A stretch of 55,910 nucleotides of DNA from Chiloscyllium plagiosum. Its lineage: Eukaryota. The notes under the pieces were generated by a model. The model had not been told where the DNA came from, did not search any database, and saw only the letters and a program-made list of their open reading frames with translations. Location: assembly GCF_004010195.1 (NCBI RefSeq), contig NC_057752.1:14417240-14473149 (forward strand). The letters are read 5' to 3'. The position numbers were made by a program, and so were the translations under genes. Every line of letters starts with the position of its first letter. Position 1 is the first letter of the stretch. This document shows positions 26,139-38,894 of the stretch, piece by piece.

Positions 26139-26362
26139 GCGAAAGTGAGGACTGCAGATGCTGGAGATCAGAGTCTAGATTAGAGTGGTGCTAGAAAAGC
26201 AGAGCAGGCCAGGCAGCATCCGAGGAGCAGGAAAATCGACGTTTTGGGCAAAAGCCCTTCAACAGGAAAGGCTAATGAAGGGCTTTTGCTCGAGACATCG
26301 GTTTTCCTGCTCCTCGGATGCTGCCTGGCCTGCTCTGCTTTTCCAGCACCACTCTAATCTAG
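26139..26362. mobile_element. palindromic Penelope pLTR mini-insertion with a 16-bp TSD
   Basis: Two inverted copies of the hammerhead-bearing tail, flanked by AAGTCCAATCACTCAG at 26123-26138 and 26363-26378. Confidence 0.8.
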
Positions 26363-27074
26363 AAGTCCAATCACTCAGCCTGACGATGAGGCCATCAGCC
26401 ATTTTGGCCAGGAAGCGACTACAGGAGGCTGCCTGTAGAGCGAACAGCTCCGCCAGAAAGCTCCTGCTGTTCAATGTTTCAGCCTCCCGGGCTTCATGGA
26501 GGATGATGGAGGATGAGCAAGAGGGGAATGGAGTCCCTATGGGCCCAGGCTTGGAGGGGGAGCATGTTTGTCTGGCCTAGGAAAACAGGCTGACCAGGGA
26601 GAGGCATGTGGGTCGGAAAGTTGAACTCTGAGACGCCTTCTGACATTCCTGCCTGCCTGTCCGGGTACCTTAAATATATCATGTGAGGAGTCTTAGATGC
26701 CTGAAGTTAACAATGCTGGTGAGGCCAATAGGGCAGCTCCATGCATGTGCAAAAATGCAGCCAGTGTAGCATCGATGTGCTGCCCTCCATATCCTGTCAA
26801 CCCCACCGTGCCCCCCCACAATGTATACAAGAAATTACCTTTGACCTGACAATCATTGCATATTTGCCACTTATTGACACTCGGGGCATTTTTTAAAAAG
26901 AATCATTTGCAGGATGTGACTTGCCAGGAGTTACTGCCCATTCCTAATTGTCCAGGGGGCAGTTAAGAGGCATCCATGTCACTATGGATCTGGAGTCACA
27001 CGGAGGCCAGACCAAGTAAGGATGGTAGATTTCCTTCCCTAGACGGAGTTCCTGAACCAGATGGGCTGAACCAG

Positions 27075-27365
27075 TGATTTACACATGAAAGAAGTGAAAC
27101 TATCACTGTATTCTAACAGATGAAAGGCTTAACAGACAATCAATTTTTCATTGTCCTGCAAACTCATCAGAACATTCAGTTACATCACACTGCAAATTTT
27201 TGCGATAAATTCTGTGTTACGATCGAGCCCTCCACAATCACCCGATGAAGGAGCGTCGCTCCGAAAGCTAGTGCTTCCAATTAAACCTGTTGGACTATAA
27301 CCTGGCGTTGTGTGATTTTTAACTTTGTACACCCCAGTCCAACACCGGCATCTCCAAATCATGAC
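27075..27365 (+). mobile_element. Penelope-like (Neptune-type) pLTR tail with a mutated hammerhead core
   Basis: CCGATGA-A-GGAGC-GTC-GCTCC-GAAAGC-TA at 27242-27270. Homologous to the minus-strand 37324-37570 tail. Confidence 0.7.
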
Positions 27366-27594
27366 CTTCCAGAGAGATATTATTGTCTACTCTGGGCTAC
27401 TGCAGTTAGTGATCCAAACTGCCCACTTGTTAGCACAGAGATACAGCACAGCGTTTGCAGATGTGAAATGTCCAAGCAACTGCTTTGACCAGGGCTATGT
27501 AAGAACTACTGTCAAAATTGTCATGTTCTTGATATTGGTCTGATCACCAGTCACTGGTTAACTCTGTAACATGGTTTATAAGACAGACTTTACA

Positions 27595-28100
27595 ACAGGG
27601 CACAAGACAAAAGCCCCTGAGCTTCCAGTTGCCTGTCACTTTAACACCCCACCCTGTTCCCTGGCCAACATCTCTGTCTTAGTCTTGCTGCAGTGCTCCA
27701 GCAATGCTCAACACAAGCTGGAAGAATAGCACCTCATTTTCCGCTTGGGAACCTCTACAGCCTTCTGGGCTCAATATCGAATTCAACAACTTTAAGGCTC
27801 GAGGCACCTTCTCCCATGTCCTTACCCCATTCCCGATGAAGGGCTGATGTCCGAAACATTGACTGTCCTGCTCTTTGGATGCTGCCTGACCTGCTGTGCT
27901 TTTCCAGCGCCACACTCTCGACTTTGATCTCCAGCATCTACAGTCCTCACTTTCTCCTTACCCCAACCCCGCCAACACACCAGAGTTTTACCCAAAATGT
28001 TGATTTTCCTGCTTCTCGGATGCTGCCTGAGTTGCTGTGCTTTTCTAGCACCACTTCAATCTAGACTCTGATCTCCAGCATCTGCAGTCCTCACTTTTGT
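27595..28100 (+). mobile_element. Penelope-like 3' fragment with tandem pLTR tails
   Basis: GIY-YIG C-terminal remnant (PVACHFN..LIFRLGTLQPSGLNIEF), a degenerate hammerhead and a duplicated tail. Confidence 0.7.
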
Positions 28101-28516
28101 CCCTACACACCAGGTCTTGTTATCACACAGTCTGCCGTGACACACAACCCGGTCTTGTTATCACACAGTCTGCCGTGACACACAACCCATTGTTAGCCAC
28201 TAACAGTACCCATTACCAGCTATTCACCCTCCTAGCCAGATCATCATCCACTCCTTTGTCTGCCCAACTGTTCTTCTCTCTCTTTGGGCTCTATTCCCAT
28301 CTATTGTTTACTCCTTACCCTCTGCCCCCAACCCTATCTTCTGCATATACTGGAAACCAACATTTTCCTGGCTACCATCAGTTCGGAGGAAGGCATTAAC
28401 TCTGATTTCTCTGCACTTTGTGCTTTTGTGCACACTCCAGTTAGACAGAGTTGTGTACACGTGGCATCTCCTGGCCTGAACGGTGAAGTCTCTTTACAAC
28501 ACAGGCAGCTCCTTAC

Positions 28517-28666
28517 CTGCAAACTCATCAGAACATTCAGCAAGTCATTCATTCCTGTCAGCGTGTCCACATTTTGGAAAACAGCCACCAACAGGGTGGG
28601 GGTAATTGCGATTGTCCGTGTGAAGACAACACGGGTGAAACGAGACCACTTGAGGTTCAAGAAACC
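28517..28666 (-). CDS. SLC11A2: SLC11/Nramp exon, TM9-TM10, 150 bp
   Basis: [50 protein letters not shown], with tttcgtag acceptor and GTAAGG donor. Confidence 0.96.
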
Positions 28667-29278
28667 CTACGAAAGAGAAACCAAAGATGGCATTTCCAAC
28701 TTTCCCCAGTTTTAGCGGCTAAGGGCCATTAAAATAAAACATAAGCAGGGCCTCCTTTAGGCAATGTGGGGTGTAGGGACATTGGATGTTGCGAAACTTA
28801 ATCTGTGTGCCATTGCCCTGCGCAATGGCCCATCTTCTGCACTGTTGGGTTTCAGTGGCTCTTCTAATATAGGAAAAGCAATAGCCAATGTGCCCACAAA
28901 ACGTAATGTGACCATGACCAAATAAATTGATTGTGTTGTCTGAGTTGAGGAGTATTAATTTCCAGGACTGCAGGTAATAAGGCTCTGCCCTTTATCAAAG
29001 AAATACTATGGTCCATCCAAGAGGATAAAGAGCACCTTAGTTTCACACCTCATACAAAAGACAACACCTCAGATAGTAATTTTAAAAAAATTTCCTCGAT
29101 GGGAAATGACTATTATTTGTTGCCCCCTAGTCACCCTTGAAAAGGTCGAGGCCTAGAGTTTAAGAGCAGGGAGGCAATGGTGGAACTGTGTGAAATGTTG
29201 GTTCAGCCACAGCTAGAGTATTGTGTGCAGTTCTGGCATCCACATTGTAGAAGGGACGTGATAGCACTGGAGAGGGTG

Positions 29279-29845
29279 CAGGGGAGATTTACCAGGATGT
29301 TGCCTGATCTGGGACAGGGGAGATTTACCAGGATGTTACCTGGTTTGGAGCAGGGGAGATTTACCAGGATGTTGCCTGGTCTGAAGCAGGGGAGATTTAC
29401 CAGGATGTTACCTGGTTTGGAGCAGAGGAGATTTACCAGGATATTGCCTGGTCTGGAGCAGGGGAGATTTACCAGGATGTTACCTGGTCTGGAGCAGAGG
29501 GGATTTACCAGGATGTTACCTGGTCTGGAGCAGAGGGGATTTACCAGGATGTTGCTTGGTCTGGGGCAAGGGAGATTTACCAGGATGTTACCTGATCTGG
29601 AGCAGAGGAGATTTACCAGAATGTTGCCTGGTCTGAAGCAGGGGAGATTTACCACGATGTTACCTGGTCTGGAGCAGAGGAGATTTACCAGGATGTTGCC
29701 TGATCTGGAGCAGGGGAGATTTACCAGGATGTTGCCTGGCCTGGAGCAGAGGAGATTTACCAGGATGTTGCCTGGTCTGGGGCAGGGGAAATTTACCAGG
29801 ATGTTACCTGGCCTGGAGCAGAGGAGATTTACCAGAATGTTGCTG
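29279..29845 (+). repeat. 36-bp minisatellite (15 full units plus a partial one) expanded inside a CR1 fragment (about 29150-30165)
   Basis: Unit CAGGGGAGATTTACCAGGATGTTGCCTGGTCTGGAG = [12 protein letters not shown], taken from CR1 ORF2. Confidence 0.95.
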
Positions 29846-30679
29846 AGCAACATAGATTGGGTAGACCAGAAGGAACTTCTCTCTTTCTCGGAGAGATCAA
29901 TGACCAGGGGCCATCGATTGAAGGGAAGGGGCTGGAGGTTTCGAGGGGATGTGAGGAAAACCTTTCTCCCCCAAGGGTGGTGGGAGTCTAGAACTCCCTG
30001 CCTGTAATGGTGAGAGAGGCAGAAACCCTCATCACATTCAAGAAGTATTTAGATGTGTCACTTGGGATGCCAAGACAGAGGGCCAAGTGCTGACAAATGG
30101 GATTAGAATAGTGAGGGGGGAGTAGTTTTTGACTGGCACAGGCTCGAGAGGCCAAAAGGCCTTTTTAACAAGCTGCCTTCTTGAACCGCTGCAGTCGGTG
30201 TTGTGTAAGGCCATCCACAAACAGTGCTGTTAGTGGGTGATCCACTGCGAGATGTTTAACGTTATGTGTCGTTAAACGGCTCCAGCTCCCCCAAAAGGAC
30301 AAGGAGCTGTCCCTGAAGGACTTAAGGCAAAACTAAAGTGCTTATTCTTAACACAGGAGGAAGCAAAGTACAATCCCAAACCAAGCCGGGCATACAGGCC
30401 AGCATCGGAGTAACGAAAGACAGATTCACTTCGCCTTCGGACTTGTCAGAATTGCTGAGCATTCTTTCCTTTCTAAGGGTGACTGGCCATCAATGCTTCC
30501 TGAGTTTGCACATGAGCATCACACACAAGCAGACCCTTTCTGAGTGCATTGGTTCAGAAAATAACATCACCGCATCCAAATTGAGTCCTAAATGATTTTT
30601 AACTCTCTTACTTTGGCCTTATGCAGTGTCTCCTCATTCTATTTACTGCAAAACTTGCCTTTTAACTGGTTTGAACCTT

Positions 30680-31178
30680 TTAAAGGAAGAATATTAACAA
30701 ACTAGAGAGGGGTCGGAAAAGATTGACCAGGATGTTGCCGGGAATGGAGGATTTTAGTTCGAAGGAGAGGCTGGGTCTTTTCTCACTGGAGCGTAGGAGC
30801 TTAAGGCATGACTTTATTGAGGTTTGTAAAATCATGAGAGGTATAGATGAGGCAGCCATCTTTTCCTTATTGTGGGGGAGTTCAAGACAAGGGGGAGTAT
30901 TTTTAAGGTGAGAGGAGAAAGATTTAAAAAGACACGAGGGACATTTTTTTTTACACAGAGAGTGGTTCATGTGTGGAATGAACTTCCAGAGGAAGTGGTG
31001 GACGTGGGGACAGTTACAATGTTTAAAAGGCATTTGGATCAGGACGTGAATAGGAAAGGTTAGGAGGGATATGGGCCAGGAGCAGGCAGGTGGGACTAGT
31101 TTAGTTTGGATTAGGGTCAGCATGGACTGGTTGGGCTGAAGGGTCTGGTTCCGTGCTGTATGGCTCTATGACTCTAAT
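30680..31178 (+). mobile_element. CR1 LINE 3' end
   Basis: [18 protein letters not shown] and FFTQRVVHVWNELPEEVV motifs; CTATGACTCT tail. Confidence 0.9.
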
Positions 31179-31209
31179 AGCCTTACTGTGATTTACATTT
31201 ACAAAGCAA

Positions 31210-32190
31210 GGGTCCACTACTTCCTGTCATTTATATAAATGATTTGGATGTGAGCTTAAGAGGTACAGTTAATAAGTTTGCAGATGACACCAAAATTGGA
31301 GGTGTAGTGGACAGTGAAGAAGGTTACCGCAGATTACAGCAGGATCTTAATCAGATGGGCCAATGGGCAGAGAAGTGGCAGATGGAGTTTAATTTAAATA
31401 AATGTGAGGTGCTGCATTTTGGAAAGGCAAATCAAGGCAGGACTTATACACTTAATGGTAAGGTCCTGGGGACTGTTGCTGAATAAACAGACCTTGGAGT
31501 GCAGGTTCATAGCTCCTTGAAAGTGGAGTCACAGGTAGATAGGATAGTGAAGAAGGCATTTGGTATGCTTTCCTTTATTGGTCAGAGCATTGAGGACAGG
31601 AGTTGGGAGGTCATGTTATGGCTGTACAGGACATTGGTTAGGCCACTTTTGGAATATTGCGTGCAATTCTCGTCTCCCTCCAGTTGGAAGGATATTGTGA
31701 AACATGATAAAGTGTTCAGAAAAGATATACAAGGATATTGCCAGGGTTGGAGAATTTGAGTTATGGGGAGAGGCTGAACAGGCTGGGGCTGTTTTCCCCG
31801 GAGCATCGGAGGGTGAGGGGTGACCTTGCAGAGGTTTATAAAATCATGAGGGGCATGGATAGGATAAATAGACAAGATCTTTTCCCTGGGGTAGGGGAGT
31901 CCAGAAATGGAGGACATAGGTTTAGGGGGAAAGATATAAAAGGGACCTAGGGAACAACATTTTCACATAGAGGGTGGCGTGTGGATAGAATGAGCTGCCA
32001 GAGGAAGTGGTGGAGGCTGGTACAATTACAGCATTTAAAAGGCATCTGGATGGGTATATGAATAGGAAGGGTTTGGAGGGATATGGGCCAAGTGCTGGAA
32101 AATGGGACTAGATTAGGTTAGGATATCTGGTCAGCATGGACGAGTTGGGCTGAAGGGTCTGTTTCCTGCTGTACATCTCTATGACTCTAG
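31210..32190 (+). mobile_element. CR1 LINE, RT domain to 3' end
   Basis: YINDLD..NKFADDTKIGG..LQQDL..WQMEFN.NKCEVLHFGK motifs and 3' UTR. Confidence 0.92.
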
Positions 32191-32214
32191 TACATCAGCT
32201 TAGTCCTACCAAAA

Positions 32215-33125
32215 AAGGCAAGGAGTACACATTGAATGGTGGGGCTGTACAAAGTACCAGAGGGACCTTGGTATTCGTGTCCATAGATTGTTGAAGGCAG
32301 CAGGACTGGTCGGTAAGCTGGTTAAGATGGCATGTGGGATACTTGCCTTTATTAGTCGAGACATTGAATACAAGAGCTGGGAGGTTATGGTGGAGCTGTA
32401 TATAATGATAGTTAGACCAGAGCTGGAGTACTGTGTGCAGAGGAGAGGGTGCAGAGGAGATTCACCAGCATGTTGCCTGGGATGGAGCATTTCAGTGATG
32501 AAGAGAGGCTGGATACACTGGAGTTGTTCTGAGAACAGAGAGCCCACTTGAGATGGACAAAGTTCTGAAGGGAAGAGACAGGGTGGATAGAGAGAAACCT
32601 TTCCCCTTAGCAGAGGGGTTGATAATTAGGGAGCACAGTTTTAAGGTGGTTCAGAGGGGGAGTTGAGGAAACAGTGTTTCACCCAGAGGGTGGTGGGAAT
32701 CTGGAACTCATTGCCTGAAGAGGCAGTGCAGACAGAAACCCTCAGCACATTTCAGAACCATTTACTCAGAGAGTGGAGGGTGTGTGGAATGCACTGTCAG
32801 CAGTGGTAGTAGAGTCAGATATATTAGGGACATTTCAGCGACTCTTGGATAGGGACATGGATGATAGTACAATCAAGCGTATGTAGGTTAGTCTGATCTC
32901 AGAGCAGGATTAAAGACCGGCACAACATTGAGGGCTGAAGGGCCTGTACTGTGCTGTACTGTCCTATGTTCTACTGTCTATTTAGATGAGCACTTGAAAT
33001 GCCATAGTATAGAAGGCTATGGGCCAAATGTTATAAATAGGCTTAGGATAGATGGAATTGTGATGGCTAGTGTGGACACGATGGGCCAAAGGATCTTTTC
33101 AGTGCTCTAAAGGCTTCATGACTCT
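32215..33125 (+). mobile_element. older CR1 fragments (nested subfamilies)
   Basis: GILAFISRDIEYKSWEVMVELY..VRPELEYCVQ motif and two different tails. Confidence 0.75.
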
Positions 33126-33302
33126 CTCCTGTTTAGTGTCTGATTTGCTGGTTAAGTCGTCTAGATCTCTCAGTCTAATCCAGATCCCTGCGAGAGGAGC
33201 TAATTGCCTGGCTCTTCCCTATGCTTTCTCCAGCACTTGAAATGCTTCCTTTTTGTCTCAAGGACTAGAAGTGCGCAAAGAAGGTCTTAAAGCAAGGATT
33301 AC

Positions 33303-33422
33303 CTCCATGACGAATTGTCCTGTATATGTCCCCGACATGGTCGAACTCTGACCTGCGGCCAGGATACCAATGGCCCAGATGTAGAGAGCAGCAGCACCAA
33401 AGTAACAGCCCAACACAACGCC
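33303..33422 (-). CDS. SLC11A2: SLC11/Nramp exon, TM8 and consensus transport motif, 120 bp
   Basis: [40 protein letters not shown], with ccccag acceptor and GTAATC donor. Confidence 0.96.
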
Positions 33423-35629
33423 CTGGGGCAAAGACAACAGACAGGTTACTGAGTGTGAGTGCTGGGGATCACCACTAACTGAAAGCGAAGGGCTTTCCCG
33501 TGGTAAGTGGATGTGATTGTATGCCAGTTATGATCCAGAGAATGGATGATCGCACCCATGATCATTTGAGAATTTGAATTCAGTTCACAAAAATAACCTT
33601 GAAATAAAACATTGGAATGAGATTCTTGAACTGTCATTAAAAACACAACCGTGTTTCATGTTCTTCATGGAAGAAGACGTGCTTTTCTGACCTGGACTGT
33701 CCTGTATGCGACCCTCATGTTACACACACCAATACAATTGATGTCTAACTGTCTGAGCAAGAGACACCCCATTGGTTCACCCCGTTTGCATCCATCAAAA
33801 CTTATCTTGATAAAGTCAGAAAAGACATGTAGTGTTCTGCATAGACTTCCAAAATGTTATAAAATGTAGTAAGGCTCATTTGGATATGCAAAGATATATA
33901 AATACACATTAAGACCAGCTAAGACTCATAAAAATTTGTGTAAACCAGTAAAGACTGTCTACATCTAGAAAGACCCAGACAATATAGGAACCATTGTAGA
34001 GTATACAGCAAATGCCACCGAATAGTGGGGAGGAGATAGAAGCGTTATTTGCAATCAAATTCCTAAAAATGCTAAAACAACAGAGCAGTGATAATGAGGT
34101 TCTTCACGTTTGCTAGGATAGGGATAGACTGGGATAGGGGCAGTTTATATATAAAGGGGGGGAAGTGATACCTGAAAGAAATATAGAGAGAGCTGGAGAA
34201 CCTCAGCAGATCTGGCAGCATCTGTGGAGAGAGAGATTGAGTTCATGTTTCAATGAACCTTCTTCAGAGCTCTGTTTCTCTCTCCACAGGTACTGCCGAG
34301 TTTCTCCAGGGCTTTCTTCTATTTCCCTTTCTGGGTGCCCACAGGATTTTGCTCCTATTTCAAGTCATACTTGAAATATGTACTTTGTCATGGTGGCTCT
34401 GTAGTTAGCACTGCTACCTTGCAGTGCCAGGGATCTGGGTTTGATTCCAGCCTCAGGCAACTGTCTGTGTGGAGTTTGCACGTTCTCCCCATGTCTGAGA
34501 GAGTTTTCTCTGGGTGCTCTGGTTTTGTTCCCACAGTCTAAAGATGTGCAGGTTAGGGTGGATTAGCCATGCTTAAATTGCTCATATGTATTTATTGCCC
34601 GTCCCTAGTTTTCCCTTGAGAAGGCAGTGATGAGCTGCCTTCTTGAACCGCTACAGTCTGGGTTTGCAAGAATGATCTTGAGGAAGAAAGGCTTGTCATA
34701 TGAGGAGAGGTTAAGGGGTCAGCCATGGGAAATGCAGGGATTGGGGAGGGTGGAATCTGGGTGGGCTGCTCTTCGGTGGGTCAGTGTGGACTCAATAGGT
34801 CGAATGGTCTGCTCCCACACTGTAGGGATTCTATGTTTCCAGTCCAATTGTTGCATATGGTCCTTTAGAATTTACAAGTTTAAGCGGGCGAGTGGGGGAG
34901 TCGGGGGAGGTGGATTTGATTGAAGTTTTCAAGATACTGACAGGACAGATAAAGATAAATTGTTTCTAAAACCAAGAGCATTATCTGAGAATTAGGGCCG
35001 GACCATTCAGGCGAGATGTTGGGAAGGACTTCGACACACACAGGGTGGGGGAGGTTTGGAATTGTCTTCCACAAATGGCAAAGGATGCTGGATCAGTTGT
35101 TAATTTTAACTCTGAGAGAGTTATGTTTTGTTAAGCAAAGGGTGTTCAGGCATATGGGCCCAAGGCAGGTTTATGGAGTTAAGCCACAGATCAGAAATGA
35201 TCTCGTTGAATGGCGGAACAGGCATGAATGGCCTACTCCTCTTCCTCATTTCCTAGGTTGTCGGAAAGAAGTGGAAAAATTGGAGTATACCTCAGCAGGC
35301 GAACATTTGAGGAACAGTGACCAGGCTGAGAATAGTTACGGAAAAGGCCAAATGTTGAACTGGAGGAAAGGAAACCTTCAGTGATCTGATCTGAAAATGG
35401 ATCTGGCCCAGGAGAAAATGAGTGATTTGAGACCAATGAAGAGAAAGTGACTGAGGTCCAGGATAGACACATTATGGAAAGTCATGCATAGCTAGAGCTG
35501 TACAGCTTTTGCAAATGTCGAGATTGAAATGAAACAGGAAAATGAGGCAGATGAGGTTTGTAAGTTCTATAATACAATAGGAGAACAAGCTGAATGCAGA
35601 ATGTACAGAAGGGATTTAAAACTGGAATA

Positions 35630-37323
35630 AGAGTAAGTATGCAAGTTAGCTCGCTGAGCTTGAAGGTTTGTTTTCAGACCCTTCATCACCATGACTAGGT
35701 AACATCATCAGTGAGAATCTCTGGTGAAGCGCCTCTCTATTTGGAGGCCTTTGTTTCTTAAGGTGGGTGATGTCATTTCCAGTTCTTTTCCTCAAGCGAA
35801 GGTAGATAGGATCTAAATCAATGTGTTTACTGATGGAGTTCTGGTTAGAGTGCCATGCCTCTAAGAATGCTCGTGCGTGTATTTGTTTCACCTGTCCTAG
35901 GATGTGTCTGTTGTCCCAGTCAAAGTGGTGTCCTTCTTTGTCTGTATGTACAGAAACTCGTGAGAGTGGACCATGTCTTTTGGTGGCCAGTTGAGGTTCA
36001 TGTATCCTGGAGGCAGGTTTCCTGCTAGTTTGTCCGACGTAGTGTTTTTTACAGTTCTTGCATGGTATCTTGTAAATTCCATTAGTTTTGCTGGTAGTAT
36101 CTAATGGATCCTTTAGGTTCACTAGTCACTGTTTGTGTGTTGGTACGTTTGTGGGCTACCATGATGCCAAGGGATCTGAGTAGTCTGGAAGTCATTTCTG
36201 ATATGTTTTTGATGTAAGGTAATGTGGCCACAGTTTTTGGTTGCGTTGTGTCTGCTTGTTTGGGTTTGTTTCTGAGGAATCAGCAGATTGTGTTTATCGG
36301 GTACCCATTTTACTTGAAAACAGAAAATAGATATTCTTGTTCTACATTTTGTGGTTCTTGAGTGCTGCAGTGTGATGTAGCTTATTGAAATAATGTCATG
36401 ATGCAGCTCTGTAAGTGGGTGTTGGGATGATTGCTTCTGAAGTTAAGTATTTGGTCCGTGTGTTGTTTCTCTGTAGATGCTGGTTTGAAGCTCTCCGTTA
36501 ACTGTACGTTCAACTGTCACGTCGAGGAATGGGAGTCTGTTGTCATTCTCCTCCACTTTTGTGAATTTTATGCCTGTCAGGATATCGGTGATGGTGTTGT
36601 ATGTTTCCTCTAACTTGTTTCGTTTTGTGATGACAAAGGTGTCATCTACGTAGCAGACCCAAAGTTTGGGCTGGAAAGCTGGGAGGGCAGCTTGTTCAAG
36701 TCTCTGCATTACTGCTTCTGCTGTGAGCCCTGATATTGGTGATCCCATAGGTGTTCTGTTGACTTGTTTGTAGGTTTTGTTATTGAATGTGAAGTGTGTT
36801 GTGAGGCACAGGTCTACTAGCTTGAGGATGTTATCTTTGCTGATGAAGTTGGTGCTGTCTCGTGTTTGTGGTCCTGGCGTTCCTAGTAATGATGCCAATG
36901 TTTCTTTGGCCAGGTCGATCTTAATTAATGTGAAAAGGGCTGTTACATCAAAACAGACCATTATTTTGTCCTCTTCTATCTCGGTATCTTTGATGGCATT
37001 CAGGAATTCCTGGATGGAGTGAATGGAGTGGCGTGAATCTTCAATTAGGTGTTTTAGGTTTCGGTCAAGTTCTTTGACTAGTCTGTATGTTGGTGTGCCA
37101 GGTAGGGAGACTATGGGTCTGAGCGGGGCACCAGATTTGTGTATTTTTGGTAATCCATAGAAGCGTGATGTGTTGGATCCATCTGGTTTCATGTTTAGGA
37201 AGTATGGCCTGTTTAATTCTCCTGATTTTTTAAGTACTGTTGGAAAGGATGAGATTCTGTTGACTGCTGTGGATTTGGATCTATCGCCACCTGCTGGTAA
37301 GTGTCAGTATCTGCAAGTAGAAC
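35630..37323 (-). mobile_element. Penelope-like element (RT plus GIY-YIG), decayed
   Basis: RFYGLPKIHKSGAPLRPIVS, FDVTALFT, TPMGSPIS and YVDDTF RT motifs; GIYKIPCKNCKKHYVGQT endonuclease motif; degenerate hammerhead at about 35677-35712. Confidence 0.92.
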
Positions 37324-38893
37324 ATTTGCCTTTTTAAGATGGTCAAAGTTAAAAATCCCACAACACCAGGTTATAGTCCAACAGGTTTATTTGGAAGCAC
37401 TAGCTTTCGGAGGGCTGCTCCTTCATCAGATGGTTCTGGAGTATAAGATCGTAAGACACAGAATTATAGCAAATGTTTACAGTATAATGCAACTGAAATT
37501 ATATATTGAAAAAGACCTGGATTGTTTGTTAAGTCTCTCATCTTGTAGAATGAACATGTTGGTTTCAGTTCTTCCACATGTAAATCGCAGAACTTTTTTA
37601 AAGTTACATTCTCAAGTGAACTTTAACAATTGGTGTCATGTCGGCCCAGAAAGTGCATTTAATGTGTGAGGTGCCCTGTGTGAGGTTGTCTGTGCCACAA
37701 TGGTCAGACTGACTCTAATCTAAACAACAGAGTTACAGAATTTTACACGGATTCATGCAGTTTTTGAGCAAACTAAAATGTAATTCTGCAAGTACAAATT
37801 CACCCCACAAACTTATATATGTGCGTGTGCGCGCATATGGGTGAGCATATGTATGTGGGGGGGGGGCGGTGTTATGAGTGTCTGTGAGAGGGTGTGTGTA
37901 TGTGTGTGATTGTGTGCAGTGGGGTCACCTGTAGTGTGACATGAACCTAAGGTCCCAGTTGAGCCCATCCCCATGGGTAACGAACTTGACTACCAGCTTC
38001 CGCTCGGCCACTTTGCGTTGTCGCCTGCCCCGAAGTCCATCTTGGAGTCCGAATGTCCCAGACCGCTGAAGTGTTCTCTGACTGGGAGGGAGCACTCCTG
38101 TCTGGTGATTGGTGTGCGGTGCCCATTCATCCGTTGCCGTAGCCTCTGCTCAGTCTCACCAATGTACCATGCCTCCGGGCATCCTTGCCTGCAGCGTATG
38201 AGGTAGACAACATTGGCTGAGTCACATGAGTACCTGCCACGTACATGGTGGGAGGTGTCCCCACGTGTAATGGTGGTATCCCTGTCAACACTCTGACACG
38301 TCCTGCAGCATCTACTGTGACAGGGTTGTATGGTGTTGTCCTGAAGGCCAGGCAGTTTGCTATGAACCGTGATCTGTTTGAGGTTTAGTGGTTGTTTAAA
38401 GGCGAGAGGTGGAGGTGTGGGGAAGGTCTTGGTGAGGTGCTCATCCTCATTGATAATGTGTTGCAGGCTGTGAAGAACATGGCGTAGTTTTTCAGCTCCT
38501 GGGAAATACTGAACAACGAAGGGTACCCTGTCGGCTGCAGCACGTGTCTGTCTCCTGAGGAGGTCATTATGGTTTCTCGCTGTGGCACTTCGGAACTGGC
38601 GGTTGATGAGTTGAGCATCGTACCCCGTTCTTATGAGGGCATCCCTGAGTACTTCCAGGTACCCATCACATTCCTCCTCATTTGAACAGATCCAGTGCAT
38701 GCGTAGGGCTTGTCCAGAGGGGACGGCTGTTTTAATATGTTTTGGGTGGAAGCTGGAGAAGTGCAGCATTGTGAAGTTATCCATGGGTTTGCGGTAGAGT
38801 GAAGTGCTGAGGTGCCAGTCCTTGATGGAAGGACTTAATGTGTTCAAGAATGAGACAGATGGTAGAGAGTAGTCTATGGTGAGTTTGATGGTA
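37324..38893 (-). mobile_element. second Penelope-like element (Neptune-type), 3' half with pLTR
   Basis: LYRKP..LHFSSFHPKHIK, PCHSRCCRTC Zn motif and NVVYLIRCRQGCPEAWYIGET GIY-YIG motif; hammerhead in the tail. Confidence 0.9.
37401..37429 (-). ncRNA. minimal hammerhead ribozyme core on the SLC11 pre-mRNA strand
   Basis: CTGATGA-A-GGAG-CAGCC-CTCC-GAAAGC-TA on the minus strand. Confidence 0.7.
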
Positions 38894-38894
38894 C

